Source: Mobula hypostoma (taxonomy: Eukaryota). From it: DNA of 64,000 nucleotides. The position numbers and the translations under genes were made by a program. This document shows, one piece after another, positions 25,460-39,172 of this stretch. The DNA is taken from positions 88,910,001-88,974,000 of the forward strand of contig NC_086108.1 in the NCBI RefSeq assembly GCF_963921235.1, written 5' to 3'. The first letter of the stretch is position 1; each line of letters starts with the position of its first letter. The notes under the pieces are model-generated. The model was not told the origin of the DNA. It saw only the letters and a program-made list of their open reading frames with translations, and did no database searches.

Positions 25460-27168
25460 TGGGTACAAGAGAGTGATTGAAAATCTGGCTGAGTGGTCTC
25501 ATAACAACAACCCCTTACTCAATGTCAGCAAGACCAAGGATCTGATTATCGACTTCAGAAGGAGGAAATCAGAGTTCCATGAGCCAGTCCCCATCAGAGA
25601 ATCAGAAGTAGACAGTGTCAGCAGCTTTAAATTCCTTGGTGCTATTATTTTGGAGGACCTGTCCTGGGCCCAGCATGTAAATGCAATTACAAAGAAAGCA
25701 AGGCAACACTTCCTCCTCCTCAGGAAAAGATTCAGTATGACTTCAGTCCGAAGTGGATCCCTCAGCCAATGTTTTAGCACTTTCTTGCTGACGTACCACA
25801 ACACACATTATGCCACCACCAAAGTGGCTCCAGCCACCGCACTGATGAAAAGACAGCTTCGCCCCCGGCTTGACCTCCTTAGACCACAAAACAGATAGTG
25901 CTAAATGAACTGAAAAACCAAGCAGAGAGACGTGTGAAAGTGAAGTATCGATGTTTCACAGCAGGTGCAAGTAGTTGCTCGGAACTGCATCTCTGGAACA
26001 ATGTGGATGTTTGCTATGGAGGTGGCACAAACGAGTCCTGTGCCATACACAGTGGCAACTAGTAACCACAACATTTGGAGAAGGCACGTTGATCAGCTGT
26101 TGCCACTTCTGCAGCTACTGAAAGCCAACACAAACTGAACAATCCAGATCCATTTGTAGAAATGGTACAGGATTCTGAGACAATGACTGCAAAACCTCCA
26201 CTAAGATTAAATAACAGAGCCAGTGTTTCCCTATCACCTGTGCTTTCTGAGTGCTCCTTACTGATAATGCAGTACCCATACAGGAAAGGAATGGAGGGTT
26301 ATGGGCTGAGTGCAGGTCGGTGGGACTAGGTGAGAGTAAGGGTTCGGCACGGACTAGAAGGGCCAAGATGGCCTGTTTCCGTGCTGTAATGGTTATATGG
26401 TTATATGGTTAAACCTAGATATAGACATACACCACCAAGAGATAAAATGACTTTGGTGTCATCTTCTCAAACCCTCACAGAAACAGGCAGCCTCTAGACA
26501 GATTGAATCTCCAGTTTAGTAACATGCTCAGGAGTTTGTGAAGATTCAGCATAACACCTAAAACTTTGACTAAATTTATAGATGTGTCATGAAGAGTATA
26601 TTAACTGGCTGTCTCACAGCTTGGTATTGGAACACCAAAGCTCTTGAATGGAAAATCCTACAAAAAGTAGTGGATAGGTAAAGCCTCCCCACCACTGAGC
26701 ATATCCACATGAAGCACCGTTCATCATCAGGGATCCCCACACCCCCAGGACATGCTCTCATCTCACTGCTGCCATCGGGAAGAAGGCATAGGAGCCTCAG
26801 GACTCTCACCACCAGGTTTAGGAACAGTTATTATCCCTCAACCATCAGGCTCTTGAACCAAAGGGGATAACTTCACTTTCCCCATCATTGAAATGTTCCC
26901 ACCGTCTACGGACTTACATTCAAGGACTCTTCCTCTCATGTTTTTGATATTTATTGCTTATTTATTTATTTTTATTGTTTCTTTTTTTATCTGCTCAGTT
27001 TTTTTGTCTTTTGCACACTGGTTGAACAAAAGACAAATAGTCCATCATTGATTCTATTGTGGTTATTAATCTATTATGGATTTATTGAGTATGTCCACAA
27101 GAAACGAATCTCAGGGTTGTAGATGGTGATATATATGTACTTTGATAATAAACTTACTTTGAACTTTG
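25460..27168 (+). mobile_element. Rex1/Babar LINE 3' part interrupted by Gypsy-derived sequence
   Basis: ORF 25443-25898 N-part (ENLAEWSHNNNPLLNVSKTKDLIIDFRR..FKFLG); resumes near 26527 and runs to the tail at 27168. Confidence 0.85.
25745..26520 (+). mobile_element. Gypsy integrase C-terminal fragment without LTRs, itself carrying a short CR1 tail (26280-26410)
   Basis: Peptide FLLTYHNTHYATTKVAPATALMKRQLRPRLDLLRP and downstream WRRHVDQL parallel 43680-43990 (FVYRNSVYVTTKQTPAMLF..IDLLKP); CR1 tail ends atggttatatggttatatggtt. Confidence 0.75.
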
Positions 27169-27931
27169 GTATGGAATGAATGGTCTGACAGGCATGTTTC
27201 TGTGCTGTATCTACAGGAAGTCAAATCCCGCTAAGGGGATGAAGTTCCCAATCAGGGATCTGGTGAAGCTGTGAAATTTGTCTCAGCTCCACTTGGCCAT
27301 AACAGCCCACCAGCACAGCACTGGTGTCCTGGTGCTGGAAATCAGCTGAGCTGCTACTATCTACAACTGGGATTAGTTCTGTAGATATAGCTGGATCCTT
27401 GCAGCAGATCTGTCCTCTGATGTTACTGTCAATAAGACAGTCAGCTCCCTCTTGTGCCACCAGCAGAAGGAGGTATTAAGCACCTGGAAGGAAACAGTGC
27501 ATTCCTTCCCTTAAGTCAGCTGGACTCTGAGAATAATGGGGAGGTGGAAAAAGTAGCCAAGGAAATCACACTTCACTCCTGCCTCTCCACAGTTTCTGCC
27601 CATTGGGAAATAATGTCACATCATTGCATAATAGAAAGTCAAATGTATTATATTAATAATGGGGGGTGGGGGTGGTAGAAACTGTCCTTGAGACTGGAGG
27701 TACATCCTTTCAGGCTTTTGTATCTTCTGCCCCATGGAAGAAGGGTCATGTATATCCAGTGTGGGGTATGTCTATGGACATGTTTCTCATTTGCCCTTCT
27801 GCAGGTGAGTCCATTATTTCGAGCATAAGTTCATGAAAATGCTCTGATACAGCTGTGAGCTCTGAGTACTTTATGGTGGAGAAATGTCATAACCTGGGGA
27901 ACTTGAAGTTTACTGGGACTGGTGAGAAGTT

Positions 27932-30006
27932 ATAGACAATAGACAATAGGTGCAGGAGTAGGCCATTCAGCCCTTCGAACCAGCATCACCATTCACTGTG
28001 ATCATGGCTGATCATCCACAATCAGTACCCCGTTCCTGCCTTCTCCCCATATCCCTTCACTCTGCTATCTTTAAGAGCTCTATCTAACTCTTTCTTGAAA
28101 GAATCCAGAGAATTGGCCTCCACTGCCTTCTGAGACAGAGCATTCCACAGAACCACAACTCTCTGTGTGAAAAAGTTTTTCCTCAACTCTGTTCTAAATG
28201 GTCTACCCCTTATTCTTAAACTGTGGCCTCTGGTTCTGGACTCCCCCAACATCGGGAACATGGTTCCTGCCTCTAGCGCGTCCAATCCCTTAATAATCTT
28301 ATATGTTTCAATCAGATCCCCTCTCATCCTTCTAAATTCCAGTGAATACAACCCTAGTTGCTCCAATCTTTCAACATATGACAGTCCCGCCATCCTGGGA
28401 ATTAACCTCGTGAACCTACGCTGCACTCCCTCAATAGCTAGAATGTCCTTCCTCAAATTTGGAGACCAAAACTGTACACAATACTCCAGGTGTGGTCTCA
28501 CCAGGGCCCTGTACAGCTGCAGAAGGACCTCTTTGCTCCTATACTCAACTCCCCTTGTTATGAAGGCCAACAGGCCATTAGCTTTCTTCACTGCCTGCTA
28601 TACCTGTATGCTTACTTTCAGTGACTGATGAACAAGGACACCTAGATCTTGTTGTGCTTCCCCTTTTCCTAAGTTGACACCATTCAGATAGTAATCTGCC
28701 TTCCTGTTCTTGCCACCAAAGTGGATAACCTCACATTTATCCACATTAAGCTGCATCTGCCATGCATCTGCCCACTCACCCAACCTGTCCAAATCACCCT
28801 GCATTCTCATAACATTCTCCTCACATTTCACACTGCCACCCAACTTTGTGTCAACTGCAGATTTGCTAATGTTACTTTTAATCTCGTCATCTAAATCATT
28901 AATGTATATTATAAATAGCTGCGGTCCCAGCACCGAGCCTTGCGGTACCCCACTAGTCACTGCCTGCCATTCTGAAAAGGACCCATTAATCCCTACTCTT
29001 TGTTTCCTGTCTGCCAACCAATTTTCTATTCATGTCAGTACCCTACCCCCAATACCATTTGCTCTAATTTTGCACCTAACCTCCTATGTGGGACCTTATC
29101 AAAGGCTTTCTGGAAGTCCAGGTACACTACATCCACTGGCTTTCCCATGTCCATTTTCATAGTTACATTCTCAAAAAATTCCAGAAGATTAGTCAAGCAT
29201 GATTTCCCCTTCGTAAATCCATGCTGACTCGGACCTATCCTGCCACTGCTCTCCAAATATGCCACTATTTCATCTTTTGTAATTGATTTCAGCATCTTTC
29301 CCACCACTGATGTCAGACTAACTGGTCTATAATTGCCTGTTTTCTCTCTCCCTCCTTTCTTAAAATGTGGGATAACATTAGCTACCCTCCAATCCACAGG
29401 AACTGATCCTGAATCTATAGAACATTGGAAAATGATTACCAATGCATCCACGATTTCTGGAGCCACCTCCTTAAGTACCCTGGGATGCAGACCATCAGGC
29501 CCTGGGGATTTATCAGCCTTCAGTCCCCTCAGTTTACTCAACACCATTTTCTGCCTGATGCGAATTTCCTTCAGTTCCTCCGTTACCCTAGGTCCTCTGG
29601 CCACTATTACATCTGGGAGATTGTTTGTGTTTTCCTTAGTGAAGACAGATCCAAGGTATCTGTTCAGCTCCTCTGCCATTTCCTTGTTCCCCATAATAAT
29701 TTCACCCGTTTCTGTCTTCGAGGGCCCAACTTTGGTCTTAACTAATTTTTTCCTCTTCACATACCTAAAGAAGCTTTTACTATCCTCCTTTATATTCTTG
29801 GCTAGCTTACCTTCGTACCTCATCTTTCCCCCCCTCCCCCCATATTGCCTTTTTAGTTATCTTCTGTTGCTCCTTAAAAGTCTTCCAATCCTCTGGCTTC
29901 CCACTCATCCTTGCTATGTTATATTTCCTCTCTTTTATTTTTATACTGTCCTTGACTTCCCTTGTCATCCACGGTCATCCCTTACTCCCCTTAGAATCTT
30001 TCTTCC
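27932..30006 (-). mobile_element. Young 5'-truncated CR1 LINE (ORF2 RT and 3' tail)
   Basis: Minus ORFs 29035-29823, 28598-29017 and 28022-28591 are collinear CR1 ORF2 pieces (SPGPDGLHPRVLKE, YLDFQKAFDKVPH, SGVPQGSVLGP); FADD motif altered to SAVD; one frameshift and one stop. Confidence 0.96.
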
Positions 30007-30287
30007 TACAAGTTGCTACATTTGCATTCATACAATCAGAGAAGTTGAGAAATAGCTCGAACAAATACTACATTCATGGCTGTAGAACAGTTTCGAATAG
30101 AGCCAATGCCGTATGAAGTCAAAGAATTGCGCAAAGAGCACAGTGGGACATGAGCCTGTCATAATCAACATCCTTACCAGCCATTCAGATGAAAGTGCAT
30201 TGACCTGAAGTGATAACTCTAATTTCCCTCTCCATACTGCTGCCAGTCCTGCTGAATATTTCCAACACTTTTGTTTTTATTCTCTAA

Positions 30288-31300
30288 CTAGTTAGCAGCA
30301 ATGATAATAGAGGCCCTCCTTTGGTCGGTGCCGACCATGGATTTTGAAACCATCGTCTACGTGGTATGCAAGCCAGAGCAGTATGATATGGAGAACAAGC
30401 GGTTGCCCATGTAACAAACTCCCCTCTTTCCTCTCCGCGTAGCTGCTGAATCCAAAGGAGTGGCAGAGACTGATACAGTTTGGCACCAGTAGTGTCAAAG
30501 GAGTTGATGGTCAGCGTAGAACTCCTTAGGGCCATAAAACATAGGAGTAGATGTAGGCCGTTCAGCCCATCGAGTCTGCTCCACCATTCCATCTGGCTGA
30601 TCCTTTGATGCCCTGAATGAATAGGAAACTATACATTCCCACCTTAAATATACACATGGACTTGCCCTCCACCGCAGAATGTGGGAGAGCATTTCACAGA
30701 TTAACTACTCTCTGGCTAAAAAAAAATCCTCCTTACCTCTGTTCTAAACTGTCACCCTTCAATTTTGAGGCTGTGCCCTCTAGTTCTGGATACCCCCACC
30801 ATAGGAAATATCCTCTCCACATCCACCCTATCTAGTCCTTTCCACATTCAGTAGGTTTCAATATGATTCCCCCTGCATTCTTCTAAATTCCAGTGAGTAC
30901 AGGCCCAAAGCTGCCAACCGCTCCTCATACGTTAACCCCTTCATTCCCAGAATCATTCTTGTGAACTCAACGTAGGACTGCCTTAGGAACTCCAGCTCTG
31001 CATCTTCCCTCAATGATTACTTCTGAAGCCTTCCTCATGAGTGTGTATAGCCGTAAGGCAGCAGAGGTTTGACAAGTCCCATCTGCCCAAAGTGACTGGT
31101 TTTAACACACCAGTAACTCCCCTTTGCCCCTTCTCCTGTCAGTAGAAATGGTTCCACTGGGATTAGTAGCAAAGCCACTTGTGAGAGCCAGGAGCGGGGC
31201 TTGGTTGTCAGAGGCTATTTAAGTTGCACACTATTGAGAGTATTTAATAGGTAGTGGGAGCTTATCTTCACTACAAGCCCTGACTAAAACACCTGAAGGA
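30288..31300 (-). mobile_element. Unclassified interspersed repeat (possibly RTE-related) split by a CR1 fragment
   Basis: Sequence near the CR1 junction is duplicated (cagcgtagaactccttagg / caacgtaggactgccttagg); family assignment is a guess. Confidence 0.45.
30531..30967 (-). mobile_element. CR1 3' fragment
   Basis: Antisense CR1 3' end (cataggagtagatgtaggccgttcagccc...), similar to 2012-2552. Confidence 0.85.
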
Positions 31301-31339
31301 ACCAAGATTTTAAATAACTGGACAGATACTTATATATAT

Positions 31340-32410
31340 CAAAATCAGCTGATTCTGGCATACATTGGTATACATTGTGAAACTTGTTGTTCTGCAGCAG
31401 CTGTACATTGCAATACATAATAACAATGGTAATTTACAGTAAGAAGTATATATATATATTTGAAAAGTTAAATTAAATAAGTAGTGCAAAAAGAGAGGAA
31501 AAAAATGAAAAAGTAGTGAGGTAGCCTTCATGGGTTCAATGTCCATTCAGAAATCTGATGGTAGAGGGGAAGAAGCTGTTCTTAAATAATTGAATGTGTG
31601 CCTTTAGGTTCCTGTACCTCCTCCCTGGTTGAAGCAATGAGAAGAGGGCATGACCTGGCTGATGAGGGTCCTTAATGACGGATGCCATATTTTTGAGGCA
31701 TTGTTCCTTGACGATATCTTAGATGCTGAGGAGGCTAGTGCCCATTAATGAGCTGACTGAGTTTGCAACTTTCTGCAGCTTATTTCAATACCGTGCGATG
31801 ACATTTCACTCCCCACCTCCCCCCACACCAGACAGTAATGCAGCCAGTTAGAATGATCTCTATGGTTCATCTATAGAAAATTCCAAGTGTCTTTGGTGAC
31901 ATACCAAATCTCCTCAAACTCCAAATGAAATATATCCGCTGTCATGCCTTTTTGCAACTGCATCAGTATGTTGGCCCAGGATAGATCCTCAGAGATGTTG
32001 ACTCCCAGAAACTTGAAATTGCTCACTCTTTCTACTTTTGATCCCTTTATGAGGACTGGTGTGTGTTCCCTCATCTTACCCTATCTGAAGTCCATAATCA
32101 ATCCTTTGGTCTTACTGACACTGAGTGCGAGGTTGTTGCTGTGACACCATCAACCAGCTGATCTATCTCACTCCTGTGCGCCTTCTCATCAGCATCAGAA
32201 ATGCTGCCATCAATAGCTGTCGTCAGCAAATTTATAGATGGCATTTCAGCTTACCTAGCCACACAGTCATGGGTATAGAAAACATGGAGCAGTGGGCTAT
32301 GTACACATCCTTGAGGTGTGCCAGTGTTGATTATCAGCAAAGTGGAGATGTTATTTCCGATCTGTACAGACTGTGGTCTTCTCTTGAGAAAGTTGAAGAT
32401 TCAGTTGCTG
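31340..32410 (-). mobile_element. Rex1/Babar LINE 3' fragment
   Basis: Minus ORF 31871-32074 (PVLIKGSKVERVSNFKFLGVNISEDLSW) plus typical tail. Confidence 0.88.
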
Positions 32411-33246
32411 AACAAATTAAATGTGTTTTCTGCTGGGATAAACTCCGTCTCCAGAAAATTTTTGGAATTAAACTAATCCATAGCAATAGTGCAAAGCTGG
32501 TGACAGTAATTCAATTGCCTGTTTTAACATCCCACAAAATATACCTTTTTCAAAACCATGGCGGGAGAAACCTCTGTTGATTGATAGAATCACTTGTCAG
32601 GGATAGATTAAATATTAGAGTCTACTCTGTTTCTAAGTATAAATCTTGATATATGTAGCCAAATTAGTTTCAGCATCTCTCCAACCACCTGTATCAATTT
32701 TATATCTAAATATTTGCAATTCCAAAATTGCAATAAAGGTGATTGTCGAATAGATCCAGTCAGTGGATTCATACCAGGGAACAAAATGTAGCTGCAAAGA
32801 ATTCTGAAACAAAACTTCGGGAGGGCTTACATTATAGCAGTTCAAAGGGGTGGCTAACTACCAACTTCCCAGGTCAGTTAGGGAAAAGCAATAACTACTG
32901 ACCTTACCAATATTGTCCACATCCTGTAATAGAATTTCAAAAGGGCTTGGTTCACAATGTTACTTTAGAGACCTCTATTGTTGCAGCTTATCTGTTATCT
33001 ATAGATCTTTTTAGTAAATATACTAATTTAAAATACTTACGATTGACTCTCAGAAAACAAGGCACATTTTAATATGACGTTCTCCCTCAAATTAGAATAC
33101 ACCATACAGTAATATCTGAATAATTCCTAACTCAACCTCATCCTTGTACCCTTTAACACAACTTTCTGAAAGATTAATACAAGTAAACTGCATTCCTTGT
33201 AGAAAAGGCTAGTCAAGATACAAACATAACAAATAGATGTATATGT

Positions 33247-33346
33247 GAGAGAGAGCGAGAGAGAGAGAGAGAAAGGAAGGAGGGGGGAGGAGGGGAAGAG
33301 AGAGGGAGGGAGGGAGGGAGAGAGAGAGAGAGAGACAGGGAGAGAG
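33247..33346. repeat. (GA)n / purine-rich microsatellite
   Basis: Direct reading: gagagagagcgagagag...ggagggagggagagagag. Confidence 0.9.
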
Positions 33347-34091
33347 AATACAGCTGGATAACTTATTTCTCCTTCATCAGAACTTGGAATAGAAAGAGCC
33401 ACTTGTGATGAAGAGAAAATAAATTAACTTAAGTCGTAGATTTTAGTACTCAACCAAGAAGGCTACAATGTATCCGAAGTGTAAGGTTCTGTTCTTTAAA
33501 ATTCATTGATCCTTGTTCTTGTGGTACAGGAGGCATCGGGTAGATAGGCCAGTGTAGGATGGAGAATTAAAGTGGCCGATGAAAGTTGACAGCAAAAATT
33601 ATGAAATGTTTATGTTGTGTATGAATCAAGAGAATAGTACCGATGTTCAGTAATTGTTGATGTACAGGATTTGGAGTGGTCTGATTAAGAATGAAATAAA
33701 GACTATTCCAAGTATCTCACAAAAAATAGTAGTATAGCTTGGGTCCCTGTGGGTTCAAACAGATATACATGTGAGAGGAGTCGAAAGAGAAGTTGCTCAA
33801 TGGTGATTGAGTGTGTTGGTGGAGAGAACACATCTTGGAGATGTTGCCCTTTTTCTTCTAGGTGGCTGAGATGGCATTTGGGAGATGGTATCCGTGTACT
33901 CTAGTTGAGACATTGCAGTGCCTTTTGTAGATGGCGTATACCCAGTGGCAGTTTGACTTACCCTGCCCTTGTTCAACCTATACATATGCAAGCCAGTGGA
34001 GGGTATTCCAACTTACCCCAGAATTGTTCTATTCAATTATTGAAACTCCCTCTGCCAGATTTCTAAATACCTATGAACACTACTGATAATA

Positions 34092-34318
34092 AGCTGGTTG
34101 GTGGCGTAGTGGCATCAGCGCTGGACTTTGGAGCGAAGGGTCCCGAGTTCGAACCCACCTGACTCCCCAGGCATGCTTTCCATCCATGCTGGGTTGAACG
34201 TCAAGCTAGCAACTCGACCTCGTAAAAAAAGAAATTGCCTGCTACAGAAACATCAACAGCAAAAAGCTGATGGCCTATGCTCTCTCGTGAGTTTAAAAGG
34301 CAATTTCCTTTTCCTTTC
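34092..34318 (+). mobile_element. tRNA-derived SINE with perfect 12-bp TSD
   Basis: A-box TGGCGTAGTGG (about 34102), B-box GAGTTCGAACCC (about 34145), tail tttccttttcctttc; TSD CTACTGATAATA at 34080-34091 and 34319-34330. Confidence 0.88.
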
Positions 34319-35511
34319 CTACTGATAATATTGATAACAACTTCTTGAATTGGTGGGATGTCAGGTCATTTCTAAACATGGATCTTCTCTTCAATTAAAG
34401 AACTCAATCAGAAAAACATTAAACTTACTTTAGATTAATTTATCTTTTTGCCCGCTGGCAGTGTACCTTGTTGAGAAGGGGATATTTAAAGTTACTTCGT
34501 TGTTTTATTTTTAGCAGCCACATTCTGGTACCCTCCTTAAAAGCTTTCTTTCATGGACAGTAAAATATCAGTTTACCTGATTGCAGAATCCAATATAAAA
34601 TAAGATGAGCAGAATAAACAGCTTGTATTTAAATTTCACAGGTCCCCTACCCCGGAACAATTTGGAATTGGATACTTCCAACAAATTAAAGAGGGAATTG
34701 AACAGATTTTAGACAAAAAGAGATTTAAGTCGAGAAATGGGAAAATATGAGACCAGATAACTCAACAAAGTTTTCAAGTCCAGCACATTCCTATAGTCCT
34801 ATGCAATCTTTCCTATGGCATATTATACAAGATTGATTGGTTCTTCCGTTTTGTACCTTTTCCAAACAATGAAGAAACACAATACTTCATCTAAGGTCAT
34901 AGTTGCACACTGTAAAATTTTAATTTTATGGTTACCCATCAGCCCTGTTGCTTTTGATCCAGAAATGTTATAAAAGACACAAAGATCAAAATACTTTGTC
35001 CTCTGACATGAATAGCACATCTGAGTTATGGATAGAGAGAGTTGGCAGTGAAGAACTGTAAGTATATGGGAGTAAACATCACCCCAAGCGTTAAATGAAT
35101 TTCAGCATAATTACTGACAGCTGGCATGGAGCTGGAGGTTTAGAAACTTCTATTTTAAGTCTGAATGTAAATTGAAGCAGGTGTTTTCTGTCTTGATGTG
35201 AAGTGACTGTAATATTTTTGTTGTAAATAAATGTCCCTAGTTCATTTAAAAACCAATATCTACATGATGTATCAAATGTATTTTATTTTTATGATATAGT
35301 ATTAAAATCCAGCAGGACCAATGTAAAGATTTTGAATAAACTACAATATTTAAGCTTGGAAGATAAAAAAAAGTTTGCAAGTTTAAATTTGGACATGTAT
35401 GATCAACAGAAGTTTTCTATCAAATAGTGATATCTTAAAACTTAAGTGCATATTTCAATAACAACCTTGAAAAGTTTTGACCTGGAATGCTATCACAAGA
35501 CGCATCATAAA

Positions 35512-36055
35512 CACCGAGTGGCCACTTTATTATGTATGCCCGTGCAGCTTGCTCATTAATATCTAATCAGCCACTCATGTGGTAGTACATCAATGCATAA
35601 AAACATGAAGACATGGTCTAAAGGTAGACGTAGTCAGACCAAACATCAGAATGGGGAGGAAGTGGGATCTAAGTGACCTTAAGCATGGAATGATTGTTGG
35701 TACCATATGGGGTGGCTGGAGTAGCTCAGACATTGCTGATCTCCTGGGACTTTCACACACAACAGTCGTCAGAGTTTATGAAGAATGGTGAAAAAAAAAC
35801 AAAAAGCATCCTGCGAGTAGCAGTTTTGTGGGCAAAAACACCTTATTAATGAGAGCTGTCAGAGGAGGATGGCCATACTGTTTTAAGCTGACACAAAAAT
35901 GGCAGTAACTCAAATAAGCATGTGTTGCAACTGTGGAGTGCAGAAGAGCATTTCTGAGTGGAAAGTATGTTAAGCCTTGAAGTGGATGTGCTACAGCAGT
36001 GGAAGACCATGAAAATACATTCAGTGACCACTTTATTAGTTACTGGAGGTACTGA
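35512..36055 (+). mobile_element. Tc1-derived non-autonomous element (same family as 10976-11498)
   Basis: Starts caccgagtggccactttatta and is collinear with 10976-11498; right terminus degraded. Confidence 0.85.
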
Positions 36056-36110
36056 AGGTATTTCTACACGCAACTGACAAAGGTAGTTCTACACACAACT
36101 GACAAAGGTA
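36056..36110. repeat. Local tandem duplication of about 25 bp
   Basis: ttctacacgcaactgacaaaggta followed by ttctacacacaactgacaaaggta. Confidence 0.8.
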
Positions 36111-37513
36111 TAGAATTGAAAATCATCTTTAAAATTTAACCTTTATGTTATACTTGCATTTAACCTTTCAAAATGTGAAAATATTTCTCAAAAATACTCA
36201 TTTAAGTTTCTTCTAAATTTTTTTGGGCTTTTTGTGAACTGTCCATGAGCAAACTTACTTTGAGGACAACGGATCGTCCTTTAAATCTACTGCAATGACC
36301 TCAATGTTTCAGGATATACACTCAAGTGATTAGGTCTGACATGCTGTCTTTGTTCAAAGGTTGCAGCTTTGAGTCCAATCTTTGACATGCCTCTTCACTC
36401 TGTCAGTGCAATCATCGCCCTTGCTGCATCACTAACTAAATTTCATTGAAGTGCAACATTCACACCTCTGGCCTAGTTACATGAATTAATCCACAGCTCT
36501 GTGAAACCAGCAGGTCCTTATTTTTTCCCCTTCATTACAGTTTAAATTTGTGATTGCTGTTACTTTCTGACTCATGGGTTCCTCTGCATATGGCTACATG
36601 TCACTTTTTCCAGAGTGTAACGTTTTAAGCAGAATCCTTTCAATTCAGTTTCCAAAAGGAAATGATCAGATGTAATCACCCTGGGGATCAGAAATAACGT
36701 ACAATAGACCCTTAATAATGAATGTTCCATGGGTTAACCCCTCCAACACTAAAATTTCTTATTAATTTGCAAAACTATAACTGAAAACTGAAGACTGACT
36801 ACATATTGAGGCAGGTTTAAGATCCATGCATTTAGTGACACATTTAACAGAGCAAAATAATTGCAACAGTTTTGAAACTGAACGGCATTTGGCTTTCTAA
36901 ATTGTCTGCACTCAAGCTTTTTTAAACCCAGTGGTTGAGCATTACACCCTGTTATTGGTTTCCACATAGAATTCAGGTGCAGAGTTCCATTTTCACATTC
37001 AATATGCTGCAAAATTCATTGAAGGGCCAATGTAGAAATTTCAAATCATGGACATTACTTAACATTGGTAAAAAGAGAGATTACTCTCAATTTTGACATA
37101 GAGATGATTCCACCATTTAGTCATATCTTAAAGACTCTCAAAGCTGGTTTCCATTGAAGTTCCTGAGATATTTTGTTGGAGAATATTATTCCAGGGTGAA
37201 TTAATAAACATTCCACTTGTAAGGTTCAATTTATAGAACTATTCATATCAATTTTAAAACCTATCCACTGTGCTTTAGGGTAACAATAAGTACCAAAAAG
37301 ATGTGAAGTTGTTTTAAATGTTGAACCTCTATGCTCGTTGGGTAATCACCTCTCAGATTCTCAGCAGAGTAAACCTGATGAGAGGTCCGTGACGCTATTC
37401 ATTTCAATGGAAATTGGAGGGTTCCAGACGTTAAACATAAGTAGATTCCTCTCTATTTTTAATACTGTGTGTGTTTATCTTAATGATTTCATTAAATTTC
37501 ATCTTCATTTAAG

Positions 37514-37712
37514 TAGCACATCAAAATGCTGCAGGAACTCAGCAGGTCAAGCAGCATCTATGGAAAGGAATAAAGAGTCAATGTTTCTGGCCAAAACCAT
37601 TCTTTGGGACTGACTTTATTCCTTTCCTTAGATGTTGCCTGACCTGCTGAGTTCCTCCAGCTTTTTGTACGTTTACTCTAGATTTCCATCATCTGCAGAA
37701 TCACTTGTGTTT
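37514..37712. mobile_element. Older Penelope terminal-repeat fold-back
   Basis: aaatgctgcaggaactcagcaggtcaagcagcatcta...tagatgttgcctgacctgctgagttcctccagc in inverted arrangement. Confidence 0.78.
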
Positions 37713-38549
37713 ATCATTTTTATCTAACTCTATTTTCTTTTTTTTTAATGAGGTTATAATTTACCTTATTCAATAATTTTTAAAAGGAACTGAATGTCAG
37801 GGACAATGCTCAGGGCCTCAGGCATTACTTGGTCTTAAGCTTCAGGGAGATTGTGCTCCAAAGAGCAACATCATAGCTTCTGTCTCCATTTTCCTAGTCT
37901 GACCATACTTCTGGAGCTGGGAATGGTTTATATTCCAACCTCTGTATCTAGACTAAGTAGGTATGGGTGTGGAGACATCTACCTGGTACAAAGTCCAGGT
38001 AGGTGTCCTTCTAAACATGTGACTGAATTGGGATGTCATTCATTGATGCCCAAGAACAGGTTAAGTCTCAGAAATGGAGACCTAAGATTTCTTAAGGATT
38101 TATGTCACCTAGTTGTCCAGTTGCCATCAGTTTTGGGACTTTTCCATTCAGCCTTATGAGGGTGAAACTTTGCTTTCCGCTTGTAAGGTCAATGACTTCA
38201 GGGCATGGTGTGTTGTGTTTTGTGGGTACCTGGTGGAAAGTGGGTAGCACAGTCTAATTTCTTGGTTCTGTCAGAACGTGAGATTTCATTGGAGGTTAGT
38301 ACATCGATAAAGATGAGGTGCAGCGTACAAGTGAATCCAATGAAGGCAAAAGTAATACTCCAGGTCAGGAAAGTAAACTCCAGTCCCCAAAACAGGGAGA
38401 TTATTATTGGGAAAGGATAATGCATTATTATTGAAAAAAATGGATTTATGCACTTCCAACGGGAGCTGGAAAAGTGGTATTTTAGGCAAAAGTTGCCAGT
38501 ACTGTGGGCATCTTCTTCCTCACAGACTGAACCAGTTCCAATGTGGTCA

Positions 38550-39172
38550 GGGTAAGGCAGCATTAAGGGCTGCAAGGATGTCATATTTAGCCTTTATACA
38601 GCAACGGTGAGGCCTCACGTGGAGCATTGTGAGCAGTTTTGGGCCCCTTATCTTAGAAAGGATGTGCGGAAACTGGAGGTTCACGAAAATGATTCCAAGA
38701 TTGAATGGCTTGTCATATGAAGAGTGTTTGATGGCTCTGGGCCTGTATTCACCAGAATGCTGAAGAATGAAGAGTGCCCTCATTGAAACCTATCGAATGG
38801 CGAAAGGCCTTGGTACAGTGGATGTGGAGAGGGTACTTCCTATGGTGGGAGAGTCTAAGACCAGAGGACACAGCCTTGGAATAGTGGGGCGTACTTTTAG
38901 AATGGAGATGAGGAGAAATTCCTTTAGCCAGAGAGTGGTGAATTTGTGGAGTTCTTTGCCGCAGCAAGCTGTGGAGGCCAAGTCTTTCTGTATATATTTA
39001 GGCAGAGGTTGATAGATTCTTGATTGGTCAGGGCATGAAGGGATACAGGGAGAAGACAGGAGGTTGGGGCTAAGAGGAAAATTGGATTAGCCATGATAAA
39101 CTGGCAAAGCAGACACGATGGGCCAAATGGCCTAATTCTGCTCCTATATCATATGGTCTTATGGTCTTATGG
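38550..39172 (+). mobile_element. CR1 3' fragment
   Basis: ORF 38767-39012 (LIETYRM..SKTRGHSL..FSQRVVNLW); tail atggtcttatggtcttatgg. Confidence 0.9.

Noticed and set aside
28167..30055. Long plus-strand ORFs (153, 150 and 240 aa), and similar ones at 62542-63246 and 17642-18034
   Set aside because: They are antisense shadows of CR1 ORF2 and recur opposite every young CR1 copy.
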